A stretch of DNA of 57,601 nt, the filler included, from Jimgerdemannia flammicorona (lineage: Eukaryota): the NCBI GenBank assembly GCA_003990765.1. It is 3 parts of 3 records of this genome, joined end to end, with 100 filler letters (N's around TTAATTAATTAA, not from the genome) between each part and the next. Parts side by side here need not be neighbours in the genome. Positions count along the whole stretch, not along the records: positions 19,237 to 38,370 come from RBNJ01002018.1; positions 38,471 to 57,601 come from RBNJ01002019.1; 1 more part is not named here. One strand, written 5' to 3'. The translations under genes were made by a program, and so were the position numbers. A model generated the notes under the pieces. That model worked only from the letters and a program-made list of their open reading frames with translations, had not been told where the DNA came from and searched no databases. Of this stretch, positions 37,107 through 50,500 are shown piece after piece; position 1 is the stretch's first letter; each line of letters begins with the position of its first letter.

Positions 37107-38370
37107 TGTGACGGTACAGCCAGATTTGGAAGAAGGAAATAGAGAATAGACACTTGATCGCACCCATTCCCAAAGTAGTATAGCATTATAGTTAGCAGTC
37201 CTCAATTTCGACATTGTCTAATTTCTTAGACATTGTCTAAATTTTAGACATTATCCAAATCAGATACTCCGATTTAGTATAGCATTTAGACATTGTCCAA
37301 ATGTTTTGACAAAGTCCAAATGACTCATTTATTACTTAGCCACCCTCTTATAGCTAGTAAACTTGTATAAATAACCCAGTATCTTTGAGTGAATAAACCT
37401 CAGATCGAAATAATTCAAAGCAAAGAGATAGCAAAGGAACTAGTAAGCCTGCAGGCAGATACACTTCGAACTCACCCACCCTCCCCTGCCACTTCAAGAG
37501 ACTCTGCGAGAGTCAGAACAGTCAAGTTTTCAAGATACAGAAATCTGATATACTTTCAAGAGTAAGCGTCTGCTATATTACAACTTAGTGCCCATTGGCT
37601 GGTGATTTAAGACGAATCCCTCACTTTCAAGCTGAACAATGAACAACCGCCACTACCCGAATAACCATACAAACTGAGCCCCAATACCCAGACAAGATGG
37701 ATATAAGACCACCAGTATTCTATGGATATACCTCAGATAAATCAATCATCACCTTCATTGACGACTTCAAGCAGTATGCTGCTGTAAGGACTCTGACAGC
37801 AGTACAGCAAGTAGCCCTCATGCCCTTCAGCCTACGAGGCCCTGCCAGAGCAGCATTCACAGCTGCAACCCATGCAGGAAATGATGCTGATGCCATACTG
37901 ACAGCACAGAAGACCTGGCTCCGAAACACATATTACACAGATGAGATCAAGCAAGCTCTGAAGGATCAGCTCAACACAATGTGCCAAGGAATGAGTGAGG
38001 ATCCAAACACATTCTATACCAGAATTCGATATCAGATAATCCTTGCAGATTATGCTGCTGCTACCCGAGATCAAGTAGCCAAAGCAACCTTCATGAAAGG
38101 AGTCCATCCAGAAATAGCCATGGCCATCTGCTCATCACCAGTGATTCTGGATCTGCCACAAAGGGTCACCTATGCTCAGCGATACTGGATAGCCAGACAC
38201 CCACAAGACCATACAATGGAGAGAGTCACAGGAGTCAGAATCGAGGCACCCAAGGCAACCAGTGTGATCCCCACCACAATGATCAATCGAAACACACCTC
38301 AGCCAAAAGCTACAGAGCAGCAAAAGAACAGTGACCCTATGGAGGAACTCACCAAAAGGTTTGCTGAAAT
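37107..38370 (+). mobile_element. Second copy of the same Gypsy family: 5' LTR 37107-37582, PBS, gag from 37697, truncated by assembly gap
   Basis: LTR TGTGACGG...TATTACA is homologous to the reverse complement of the first element's LTRs; gag MDIRPPVFYGYTSD... is nearly identical to the ORF at 33293. Confidence 0.92.
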
Positions 38371-38470
38371 NNNNNNNNNNNNNNNNNNNNNNNNNNNNNN
38401 NNNNNNNNNNNNNNTTAATTAATTAANNNNNNNNNNNNNNNNNNNNNNNNNNNNNNNNNNNNNNNNNNNN
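38371..38470. other. Assembly gap with TTAATTAATTAA linker
   Basis: N runs with the same linker as the first gap. Confidence 0.98.
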
Positions 38471-39110
38471 TTTTGGAATAACACAAACATGTATTTTAAA
38501 CCGGCTTTACAAGCTCCTGTATCGTAATACGGAACCCCTCCTAGAAGCCACGTGTGCCAAAGAAAGCCCGCTGGTGACGTATTACAATGCGACATGAGTC
38601 AATTTAAAGCTATCGCCAATAACGGACTGTCGATCCCACTGCCACGTGTAATGAGCTTGAAAATCGGGATCATGGGTCCGGATGGTCTTATCCCCTTTCG
38701 ACACTTTTCACACAAAAAAAGAACACCACAAAATCATTTTCAACAAGGCAATAATGGTTGCAAGAATGCAATATAATATCGGACCACCCCCGACCACGAA
38801 GAGATCAAGATGGGACTCCAAAGGGGAAGATATACGCACGTAAAAGAGAGTACAGTTTGGAAAAGAATATATATATACTAATGGGAAAAGAAAAAAAAAA
38901 ATAGAAAGCAAGTTTTGTTTGGATTGTTTTCGCACATAATGGGATACATTCCTACGACAACGAGATACATACAAAGGTTCAATGTTCGTGGGTTGGATAC
39001 AAGCGAAAGAAAGGGAGTTCAGTACCTTTACCTCTGCTTATCGGTTCCAATGGGATCCTACCCCTGAGTACGACCCAACAATTTTTTTTTTTTCTTTTTC
39101 TTTTTTTGGG

Positions 39111-39148
<38 letters not shown>

Positions 39149-39204
39149 CACTTCCCCGACCCATCCCACCCATTCCCCCAACCAAATGATTCTTCAAGGC
39201 CTAT

Positions 39205-42039
39205 CTATTTGATCCTATGACCCTCAGTTTCAATAGCGCTGACGCGCGCGGTCAGCTCCTCAGCCTTCCCAGCAATGCCCTGGAAGTAGACGAGAGCCTC
39301 GCCGGAGACTTCAGCGACACGGGTCTGGTCCTCACGCAACTTCTCCTGGGCCTCGACGGTATGCTGGAAGCGGCCGTGCAAGTCCCAGCCGGTAATGCGG
39401 AGGACCTTGCGCGAGCACCGCGCGATCCGGTACGACTGCCGATCCGCGTACTGCGCCTCACGAAGCTGCTCACGCACCTTGCGCGCAAGCTTGCGCTCCA
39501 CCGCGTAGCGCATGTCATGGATTAGGTAGCTGACGATGCCGATGCCTGAGGAGGGGGGGCGAGGAGGGGGGGCGAGGAGGGGGGGGGGTAAGGTGGGTGG
39601 ATGGGTGGGTGCAATTGTTAGGTAAATAAAATATTACACCAAGAACACTAGAGCGTGCCTATCAACAGATAAGAATCAATTCAATAAAACCTACCTGCAA
39701 TAGTGATAACAGGCCCAGCCCACTTCCTGGCATTATTCACCCCAACCACATTCAACAGCGACACCAGGTTCCTATACCCCAAGATCCTCCCACCGACCAT
39801 GGTCACAGCGCCAAATCCTCCAAACCCAGCGCCCATCAACCCGAACCCAAGCCTTTCCTGCAGATCGAGATCGATGAAATCCGTCATCTCAACGGCGACC
39901 TCGAACGCGTGCTCACCCTTATGCTTAGTGAACGGAGCCTCGATATCCACCTGCGCGACATACTCTCCGAGATGCTCCTCGCCCGTCTCGTGGATCTTCT
40001 CGACGGCCTCAGCAGTCTGCTTTCGCGCATGCGACTCGCAGGCGCGCACCTCCCTCTGCACGGCGTACACCATCGACTCAGCGAGGTCAGCCGCGTACTG
40101 CCAGATGAGGAGGAAGCCTGGGTATTCTACAGCGGCGACGACATTCTCCACATGCTCGACGGCAGCCTCCAGCCTTGTGCGGGCGAGGGACTGGATCGCT
40201 TCTACAGTGTCTTCGGCGAGCTTCTCAACGTCCTCGAGGACGCGGTCGCGGACGGCCAGGAGGCGCTCGTAGGCTGGGCGATTGGCCTCGAGCTCGCGCA
40301 TAGCCTTTTCGTGTTCCGTAGCGGCGGCCAAGCGGTTAGACTCGGAGAGGATGTGCACATCGGTCAGGAGGTTCTGCAGATAGTTCTTGGCGGGGGAGAG
40401 CTTGGAGCGCGAGCGGTTCTCGAGGACGAAGGCACGGAGGCGTTGCTCCAGGCGCGCGAAGTCTTCGGGAGAGGGCTCGCCGGCGTTCTCGTCAAGCTGG
40501 ACGGCGCCCGAGCTGACGAAGTGAACGAGCTCGTCAGCGTCGGCGTAGGTCGCGGGCGAGAGCTGGCGAATCTGTTCGAGAATGAGACGCTTGCAGCGCT
40601 CCTTGTCCTTGATGCCGTCGAAGCGGTTAACAACGATGAAAATATGCGCCTTCTCATTGGCGGCGTTCCAGAGGAATTCCTTACCCTAGATGTTTACAAG
40701 CAGATTTTTTTTTTTTTTTTTTTTTTTTTAGTATCGTAATTCATCATTCACAATTCTCCGTTCGTAAACAAATCAATGCATTTATTTAGTATCAGCAGTA
40801 ATAACAATAGTAGAAATAATAGTAAATGTTGTTGTGACTCACCGAAAGGGTAAAATGATTCTCAGCGCTCACCACAAACACAACGACATCAATTTCCTCC
40901 TGCCTCGCGAAAAGTGCGGTAGTCTTGAGCGAATCGCGATTCAATCCGGGAGAATCAATCACTGCGATATCGACGACGCCATTATGCAGTAGACTCTCCT
41001 GTGTGGACCTCTTATCGGCGGTGTAGATCTTGAGAATGGCGTACTGCTCGTTTCCGTCGGTGACGTACTTGTATAGGTGACGGAGGTCGACCTTGTCGTA
41101 GGTGGATTCGTCTGTGCGAACGTAGGCAGCGGGATCGGGCACGGCATGAACCTCCTGGACGCCGTCGTTCTCAGTAGCGTCAAGGACCTCACAGAAGAGG
41201 GTGGTGCACGGCTGCTGGTCGGTGGGCATGAGGTCGCGGCGAAGCAGGGCGTTAACGAAGGTAGACTTGCCGGCATTGAGGTCGCCCGTGACGAGAACCT
41301 TGGAGGATTTGTCGGCCACGCGCGAGTGCAGGTTGTCCAGGTGCTTGATGCTCTGCGCTAGGCGATCGTCCAGGAGAGTCGCGATCGACTCCTTCTCGAG
41401 CGAAGCAACGTCCGTCGAGAGGTTGCCAACCTTCAGGTCAAGCTTGAGAACATTGAGCTGGTGATTGAATGCTTGGGCGGTCTCTGGGGTCAGAAGGCGG
41501 TGAGTCAATGGATCGACCTGGACATTGTCTTTGAGGGAGGGGGGGAGGGATAGGGAGTTGCTGCGGCGGAGGTAGTCGCGTGGGACGGCGTCGATAACGC
41601 GTTGGGAAGAGGAGGCGGCGTCATCGGGTTTCTGGGCGAATGATTGGGATCGGGAGAGTTTGTTAAGAGAGTCGATGACAGGGTAGGAGACGAGGAAGCG
41701 GTTCTTGTTTGTCTCGCGCAGCTCGTTGAGGATGCCGTTGGTCCCCTTAATAATGTTGAGCAGACGATTGCTCTTGTCGGCGAAGATTTGATTCTCCTGC
41801 ACGGTGGTCAGCCTCGGCGTGGAGGGATTGACAGAGACGGGCCGGGCATTCGTAATGATGGCGGGAACGGAGGGGGCGGGACACGACCAGGGAGTGCTCT
41901 CCGAGGGTTTTGGGAAGTTGGCCATGGTGGGGTTCCTTGGGGGTTCGTCAGAAGGCAGCGAGAAGCGGCGGCGGGTGTTTTGGCTGTTTACAAAGGACGA
42001 GCCTGCGGATCCACCGCCAGCGAAGTATTGCGCGGACAT
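39205..42039 (-). CDS. FZO1: Mitofusin / mitochondrial fusion GTPase Fzo1, 3 exons (42039-40843, 40685-39695, 39545-39205)
   Basis: KVLVTGDLNAGKSTFVNALLRR, DQQPCT, LHNGVVDIAVIDSPGLN, FARQEEIDVVVFVVSAENHFTLS/GKEFL, FIVVNRFD and a TM hairpin near the C-terminus. Confidence 0.96.
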
Positions 42040-44535
42040 GATTTTTCTTTTTTTTTGGGGGGGGGTGTAGTTGTGGATAGATGGAATAGGTGCGCGTCCA
42101 AAAAAGAAAGTCAGCAAAAGGGCAGCGACACTACTTCATACGAGTCGATAGGGCAAAGAGACGACAAGAGGCAAAGCAGGGAAAGAGAGATCGTAATTAC
42201 AAGGGCCACTCATAATCCAGTGTTTTCTTTTTTTCTCATCAGATCACTCCCGAAATTTACTGCGAATGATTGGCCGAGGTCTCTTGCCTGCTTGTCCAAA
42301 AAGGCCAAGCCCAACATCACCCAAGAGTCGCACCATGATATCATGCTCTGCACGTTCTTACAATACCAATCCAATCTCTCTACACCTTCCCCCCGCTGCA
42401 TACAGAAGATCACCCCCCCGTGCCAGAGCAAAGCCATGTGAAGATACAAATTATATTGCAACTCTCCGATCCGCCTCCTTTGCCCATATATATAATACAC
42501 ATACTGGCTTACATGCCGAACAACGGTTGAGTATAGCCATTGTCCTCTTTGTTAAATCCTATCTCTTGCTGGGCGTTTGTCGCCATACCTAAAATGCTTG
42601 GTCATGTGTGATGTCTCGCACTGGCCGCTTCATTGTCCTCAATTGGCCCTTGTATCCAAATCCCCACTTTACACAACGGTTTATTGAATGGATGAACCAT
42701 TTACCTCCTCCCTTCCCCACAACCTGGCATTGTCAATTGCCCAGTGAAACAGCCAAATATTGATCACGGAACTACAGAAATCCCATTCCGGCATCTCATT
42801 GATCTCATCCCAGACGATTGGATCACCGCCGTAAATTTGCCACCCCCCATATCAGCATGACGCCTCTCCTACGAGGAGGACGAGGCAGCCGGATCCCGTG
42901 ACGTGACCAGTCAATGCCTTTGAGTACAAGAGTTTGCTGCACATGCTCTCGGAAATGACGATTTGCTGATGTTTGTCATAAGAGACTGATCCAAGGCGCG
43001 AAAGGTCCCGTATCGACCCGGCAAAACACCTCGCAGCCACGATATCCCAAAATAGCTCATGAGGCGGGACACTCTTGATTTCCACCATATTGATGATGAT
43101 GGGATGCAAAGGAACTATGAAAGATCATGCAAAAGCATAATAAAACATAGCATGCACAAACGCACAACACGCATGATGATTAAATCAATTCTGGATTTTC
43201 AGAATGCCACCTTATCGCAAGCCAACAAACCCGCTTCAAAGGTCATACATCCGCGCCATAAAACCAATCTTCCTCGGTGCGGTCGTGGTGACCGGCCTAA
43301 TTATGCTCATTGACCTTACACTCGGGTTCGAAATGTGAGTACAGCAACCGGAACGGATGGAGGGCAAGGCAATCGATACCACAGGTTCTCATACTGTGAT
43401 AACGAGGGACCCGCAACGCCCAGTGGACCTAATTATAAATGCATAAATAGCGGCCATCACGATAGCGGCCAATCACGTCGTGCTACTCACTTGGCACTAT
43501 TCACGTTCCAGGATATATCAACAAGACAACGGGGGGTGTTGGACGGATTCGGAAGAGGAGGACGAGGAATAAAGCGGGGAAAATTACAACGGGACGTTGT
43601 GAGATAAGTGATTGAGTGGTGGATTGTGGATTGCTTGTAACAATGAGAGCAAGCAACTCGATTGCAATGGAAGCGAGTCTATGCAAACACAATTGTGTGT
43701 ATCGTAGCTTCTTGATACAATCTCCCATCCCTGCAATTCGCAATACCCTTCGACAACCATAGGATCATCATAAGAAAAAACCTCCCCTTCATCGTAACAC
43801 CCTGGCGCTTAATCGCGCCACAAACATATCGCCAAAGAATTGTGATGCCACCAGTATGTACATCATAGCGGAGCCTCGGGCATTTTGTGAGGAATAGCAG
43901 ATAATAGAGAGAGGGAAGGCGCTAGGGGTAGGGAAGTGAGACGATATCTGGTGGAATGTTCAACCACCCGCTCGGCCACCGCCTTTTCACGGCCTTCTTT
44001 TATCTCGTGCAACTAATCTCGTCCTTGCTGTCGGTTGCCTAAGAGCCGCCAAGACCGACATTTAGAGAGAAGATAAATTTCATGTCTACCCTCCAGTGGG
44101 CAGCGCACAATACATAACAATAAACCACTCATTATTGATTTTTTTTTTTTTTTTTTTTCCTACCCATATATATATTTCTATATTTAGCAATTATGTATAT
44201 ATATATGGACTCTATTTTTGCAAGTATTGAATTTATTGCTGATGATGAAAGCATATTCAATGATTTTATTATTATTATTATTAAAATAAAACAACACCAG
44301 TAACAACAATATTCATGTCATCTTACTGTTAAGGTTGTCCGACGGGTGCGGCTCATAATCCTCATCAGGATGGTGTCGAGAGGCTGAGAGGCTGAGACTA
44401 AGCCTCCGTTATTACACAAACGTCGCCAAGTCGCGAGATAGACTTCGTAAACTGCTCGTCTATTTCTGTTTTGACAGCCATAGAAATCGCAAACACACTA
44501 CCGAAACATGTCCGCCTGCCTGAACGATCTGCTAG

Positions 44536-47500
44536 TCCTGGGACCGCCTGGACAGAGCCCACCAAGCAGAAATCTTGAAGTGGAAGAATCGCCGTTATGA
44601 ACAAAAAGTGCTTGGTCGACCCCGTAGTCGGCGACAACGCGATATTGACAAATTCCGTAATGACCACCAACTCCGTAACGACCAACAACTCCGTGCCTGC
44701 CTCGATACCTTGGGCGTGCCGCAGCTGGAGCCATACCTTGCCTGGATTCCGCCCCAGGAACTCAACGAATTTAAGCCCTTTGCCGAAGGCGGATTTGCCA
44801 AAGTTTATCGTGCAACAGTTGATATGAATAACGCAAAGTGCGATGTGGCCGCCAAAGAATTGAAATTGTCAATGGTCGAAGAGGTGAGTTTCGGTTGGGT
44901 TAATATATATTTTTTCAGACAACTTTTATTATCAGTAACCTTACTATGTCTTTACCTCACCAACACAGTGCTCAATGTTCTTTTGAGTCACTGCAGAAGT
45001 GAAACCATTCCTGCCCCCACATTGGATATTGTTGCTTTGTCACAATACCCTATTACTGGAGAGTATCTGATGATTATGCGATTTGCTGATATTGGCACTC
45101 TCGAGAAGAAGCCGTGCGAACAAGATGGTGAATGGTACACCGCATTGACATATGCCATAAAACTTACCAGTCGCTTGGTCAGTCTCTACGATATGGGATT
45201 CTGCCATGAAGATCTTCACGCGGGCAACGTAGTATTCCATAAATCTTACACAGCGCTCTTGATTGATGTTGGACTCAGTCGATCTGTAGATAATGTAAAT
45301 GTTGAGGATGGAGTTTATGGTCGGATGACATACTTTCCTCCTGAGATCTTTGAGGGAAAGCAGTATACACAAAAATCGGACGTATACTGCTTGGGAACCT
45401 TGTTGTGGCAGCTGATTGTCGGGGTCCCACCCCATGGCGACGCATCGGCTGCTGCTGCCAGCAAACCAGATGGCCTTCGCGAGGAGCTGATTCCTGGTGC
45501 GCCAACAGCATTCAACGATATCATTCGGAACTGCTGGCACCTCGACCCCAACCGGCGACCTAGCGCTCGTGAAGTCTACAATCAGTTGATCGAATGTGCA
45601 GCTGGTTTAGCTGAGATTCCGCCTGTCTTACCACCAAATATGGAAGATAAAGTTTTGCGAGCACCTTGCAATCGCGACGGTTTCGTTTTCGCCCGAGATG
45701 CAATCGTTCATCGTTAAACGACGGGCGTTCCATCAGCGTGAGCTGGAATCGAACATCGCCGCCGATCTTTTCGAATTCGTGGATGGAGCGAGCGTGCACT
45801 ATGCCGGAAGTAAATTTTACACGAGCCAACAGCTCCAGAAAATCACAGAACATCACTCGCGAGCGGCACTTGAAAATCTCAGTCGTCAGCCAAGTCTAGG
45901 TATGTATATAACGACACTGCACATCGTTCACACAGTTTAAAATATCCACATTTCCAACCGACGGGCATTTGTGTTGTTTCATGTTGCATCGTTCAGGAAA
46001 TGGTAATATCGAAGGTAATGTTGGCGGATGAGGGACGGCGGTGACTAGATGATAACGGACAACTGGAGGGGGTTTGCATACCGCAATTACTTATAGCTAA
46101 CTGCTACTTTATGCTTATTAAACATTCGTCTATATTTAGAGAAAACCGACCGCCTCGAAGAGCCCGACGCTCTCGCCGAGCCTCAGGACACCACTCGTAC
46201 GTTAGACCTATACGAACCATTGGTTTATAGCTGTTATCTAATCGAGCTCATGGTCTGTTTGAATTCGCTAATTCTTTAATTTATCTTCAGCAAGTAGGAC
46301 CGGCGACGGAGGGGCCGGCATGCTAGCAGAGCTTCTGAATCAGAATATAGCCTCGCATGAGTTGAATCTGTCCGGTATGCCAGAACTAAGTGAACTATTG
46401 TCAGCAGAAAATTAAGGCCTATCTACTAATCGACCATCTTGTTCAGGAAAGGGCGTTGACATCAGAATAGTGAGCGTTCTCGTCCATTTTCTAAAGCAGA
46501 ACACAAATATAACCAAGCTGGATCTCAGCTGTGCGTCGAAATTATGTAAATTGTTGTTTTGTGTGGTTGGAGCAAGCTTATGATCTGGGTATGCTCACAT
46601 TTTTTGTTCATGTTCAGGTAACAGCATTGGGATTTTGTTCGCCCGCGCATTAACAGAGTTTCTGGAAGCAGAACACTACCTTGACGGAATTGAATCTCCA
46701 ACGTATGTAAGAACTTGTTTGCAGTTCCGTGATGGAATCCAGCTCAGCATGTGCGTATGTTTCTTATCGACTCTTCCAGGTAACGACATCGGTGATAAGG
46801 AGGCCGGAGTTCTTGCCGAGTTTCTGGAGCTGAACATGACCTTGACCGTGCTGGATCTCATGTGTATGTCAGAACTGTATGATTAGTGGTGTCGAACTGC
46901 GTGATGGAATAAAGCTCACGATCTGTATATACATGTTTCCTAATGTCAGACAACAGCATCGGCCACGAGGGGGCGCACGCCCTAGCCGAAGTTCTTAAGC
47001 AGAATATGACCTTGACCAAGCTGAATCTCAAATGTATGTCTTAACTGTGTGATACATTGTGCGCAGCTGCATGATAGAATGAAGCTCACGATCTGTACGT
47101 CCCTGTTCATGTTTAGTCAACAGTATTGACCACGAGGGTGCACGCGCCCTAGCCGAGTCCCTGAAGCAGAACACGACCTTGACTGAGATGAATCTCTCCT
47201 GTATGTCAGAACTATGTGAAGCATTGTGCGCAGCTGCGTTATGAACTGAATCTCACGATTCGTGTGTGTTCCCTCATCCCCTGTTCATGTTCAGACAACA
47301 GCATTGGCCAGGAGGGTGCACGCGCCCTAGCCGAGTCTCTGAATCAGAACACGTCCTTGATCGAACTGAATCTCTCCTGTATGGCTGATTATTGTGCGCA
47401 GCTGCGTTATGAACTCACAATCTGTGCATATCCGCTCATCCCCTGTTCATGTTCAGCCAACAGCATTACCGGTGAGGGTGCACGCGCCATAGCCGAGTCC

Positions 47501-50500
47501 CTGAAGCAGAACACGACCTTGATCAAGCTGGATATCGACAGTATGTCGGAACTGTGTGTGAAGCATTGTGCGCAGTTGCGTGGAATGAAGCTCATAATAT
47601 GTGCGTGTTCGCTCATACAATGTTCATTTTAAGGGAATGACTTTAGCCACGAGGGGGCACGCGCCCTAGCCGAGTCTCTGAAGCAGAACAGGACCTTGGC
47701 CCAGATGGATCTCTCCTGTATGTATGGCTGAGATGTGTAAAGCATTTTGCGCAGCTGTGTGATGGAATGAAGCTCACAATCTTTGCGTGTTTGCTTATAT
47801 TCAGGCAACCAGATTGACCACGATGGTATATGTGCCATAGCAGAGTCTCTGAAGCGGAACACGACCTTGACCGAGCTGAATCTCGACTGTATGTCTGAAC
47901 TGTGTGAAGCATTGTGTGAAGCATTGTGTGAAGCATTGTGTGAAACATTGTGTGAAGCATTGTGTGAAGCATTGTGTGAAGCATTGTGTGAAGCATTGTG
48001 TGAAGCATTGTGCGCAGCTGCGTGATGGAATGAAGCTCACTATCGGTGTGTGTTCGCTCATCCCCTGTTCGTGTTCAGTCAACAGCATTGGCTACGAAGG
48101 TGCACGCGCCCTAGCCGAGTCTCTGAAGCAGAACACGACCTTGGCCAAACTGAATATTTCATGTATGTCTGACCTGTGTAAAGCATTGTGCGCAGGTGCG
48201 TGATGGAATGAAGCTCACTATCGGTGTGTTCGCTCATCTCCTGTTCGTGTTCAGTCAACAGCATTGGCTACGAAGGTGCACGCGCCATAGCCGAGTCTCT
48301 GAAGCAGAACACGACCTTGACAAAGCTGAATCTCTCCGGTATGCTAGAACTGTGTGAAGCATTGTGTACAGCTGCGTGATGGAATTGAATTCACGATCTG
48401 TGCGTATTCGCTCAACCCCAGTTCATGTTCAGATAACAGCATTGACCACAAAGGTGCATGCGCCCTAGCCGAGTCTCTGAAGCAGAACACGACCTTGACC
48501 GAGCTTAATATCTGCGGTATATCTGAACTGTGTGAAGCATTGCGCGCAGCTGCGTTTGTGTTTCTGTTCATTTAAGGGAATGACATTGGCCACGAGGATG
48601 CACGCGCCCTAGCCGAGTCTCTGAAGCAGAGCACGACCTTGACCAAACTGAACCTCAAACGTATGTCGGAACTATGTGAAGCATTGTGTATATACGTCTG
48701 CGAGATGGAAGTAATCTCACCATCTGTGCGTGTCCGCTCATTCCCTGGTTTATTAAGGGAATGACATTGGTGGCGAGGGTGTACGCGCCCTATCTGAGTT
48801 TCTGAAGCAGAACACGACCTTGACCGAGCTTAATCTCTGCGGTATGTCTGAACTGTGTAAAGCATTGCGCGCAGCTGCGTAATGGAATAAAGCTCGCAAT
48901 CTGTGCGTATTCGCTCATCCCCTGTTCGTTTGAAGAGAATGACATTGGCCACGAGGGTGCATGCGCCCTAGCCGAGTCTTTGAAGCGGAACACGACCTTG
49001 ACCGAGCTGAATCTCCAAGGTATGTCTGGACCGTGTGAAGCATTGTGTGCAGCTGCGTTATGAACTGAATCTCACAATCTGTGTGTTCCCTCATCCCCTT
49101 TCTATGCTTAGATAACAACATTGGCGACGAGGGTGCATGCGCCCTAGCCGAGTCTCCGAAGCAGAGCACGACCTTGATGAAGCTGAATCTCGATAGTATG
49201 TCAGAACTGTGTGAAGCATGGTGTACGGCCGCGTGATGAAAGAAATCTCACGATCTGTGCGTGTTCGCTCATCCCCTGTTCATGTTTAGACAACAGCAGT
49301 GACGGTGAGGGTGCACGTGCTCTAGCTGAGTCTCTGAAGCAGAACACGACCTTGACCAAGCTTAATCTCTGCGGTATGTCTGAACTGTGTAAAGTATTGC
49401 GCGTAGCTGCGTAATGGAATGAAGCTCGCAATGTGTGCGTATTTGCTCATTCCTGGTTCATTTAAAGGGAATGTCATTGACCACGAGGGTGCATGCGCCC
49501 TAGCCGAGTCTCTGAAGCAGAACACGACCTTAACCGAGCTGAATCTCTTCGGTATGTCTGAACTATGTGAAGCATTGTGTGTAGCTGCGTGATGGAATGA
49601 AGCTCACGATCTGTGTATGTTCGCTCATCCCCTATTCACGTTCAGACAACAACATTGGCCACGAAGGTGCACACGCTATAGTTGAGTCTCTGAAACAGAA
49701 CACGACTTTTACCAAGCTGAATCTCTGCTGTAGGTCGGAACTGTGTGTAGCATTGTGTGCAGCTGCGTAATGTTATCAAGCTCACGATCTGTCTGTGTTC
49801 GCTCATGTTCAGCCAATAACATCGACCACGAAGTGGTACGTGCCCTAACCGAGTCAATGAAGCAGAACACGACCTTGATCGGGCTGGATTTCAGCTGTAT
49901 GTCCGAATTTCGTGAAGCATTGGGTGCATCTGCGTAAAGAAATTAAGCTCGCGCCTGTGCGTGTTCGCTCATCCCTTGTTGACGTTCAGGCAACAGCATT
50001 TCTAACGAGGGCGCACGTACCCTAGCCGAGTCTGTAAAGTTGAACACGACCTTGACCGAGATGAACCTCTCCTGTATGTCAAACTGTATGAAATATTGTG
50101 TATGGCTGTGTGACGGGATCAAGCTCACGATCTATGCTTATTCCCTTATCCCCTATTCATGTACAGCTAACAGCATCGGCAACGAGGGGGCATGCGCCCT
50201 AGCCGAGTCTCTGAAGCAGAACACGACCTTAACCGATCTGTATCTTGAAGGTACCTCGGAACCGTTTATGTGCATCTGCTTGATGTAATCAAGCATAAGA
50301 TCCGTCCATGTTCGCTCATCCCTTGTTCATTTTAAGGGAATCACATTGGCCATGAGGGGACACGCGGCCTAGCCGAGTCTCTGAAAAAGAATACGACCTT
50401 GACCGCGTTGTATCTCGAAGGTGAGGCAGATTTCTGTGAAGCGTTGTGTGCAGCTTAATGGAATCAAGCTCACGATTTGTGCGTATTCACCCAACTCATA

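Noticed and set aside
39703..42441. Several long plus-strand ORFs (189, 276 and 265 aa)
   Set aside because: Antisense shadows of the GC-rich FZO1 coding sequence.
47643..48203. ORFs with repeated MLHT / KHCV / CEAL / QCFT peptides
   Set aside because: Translations of the intronic 12-bp minisatellite in different frames.
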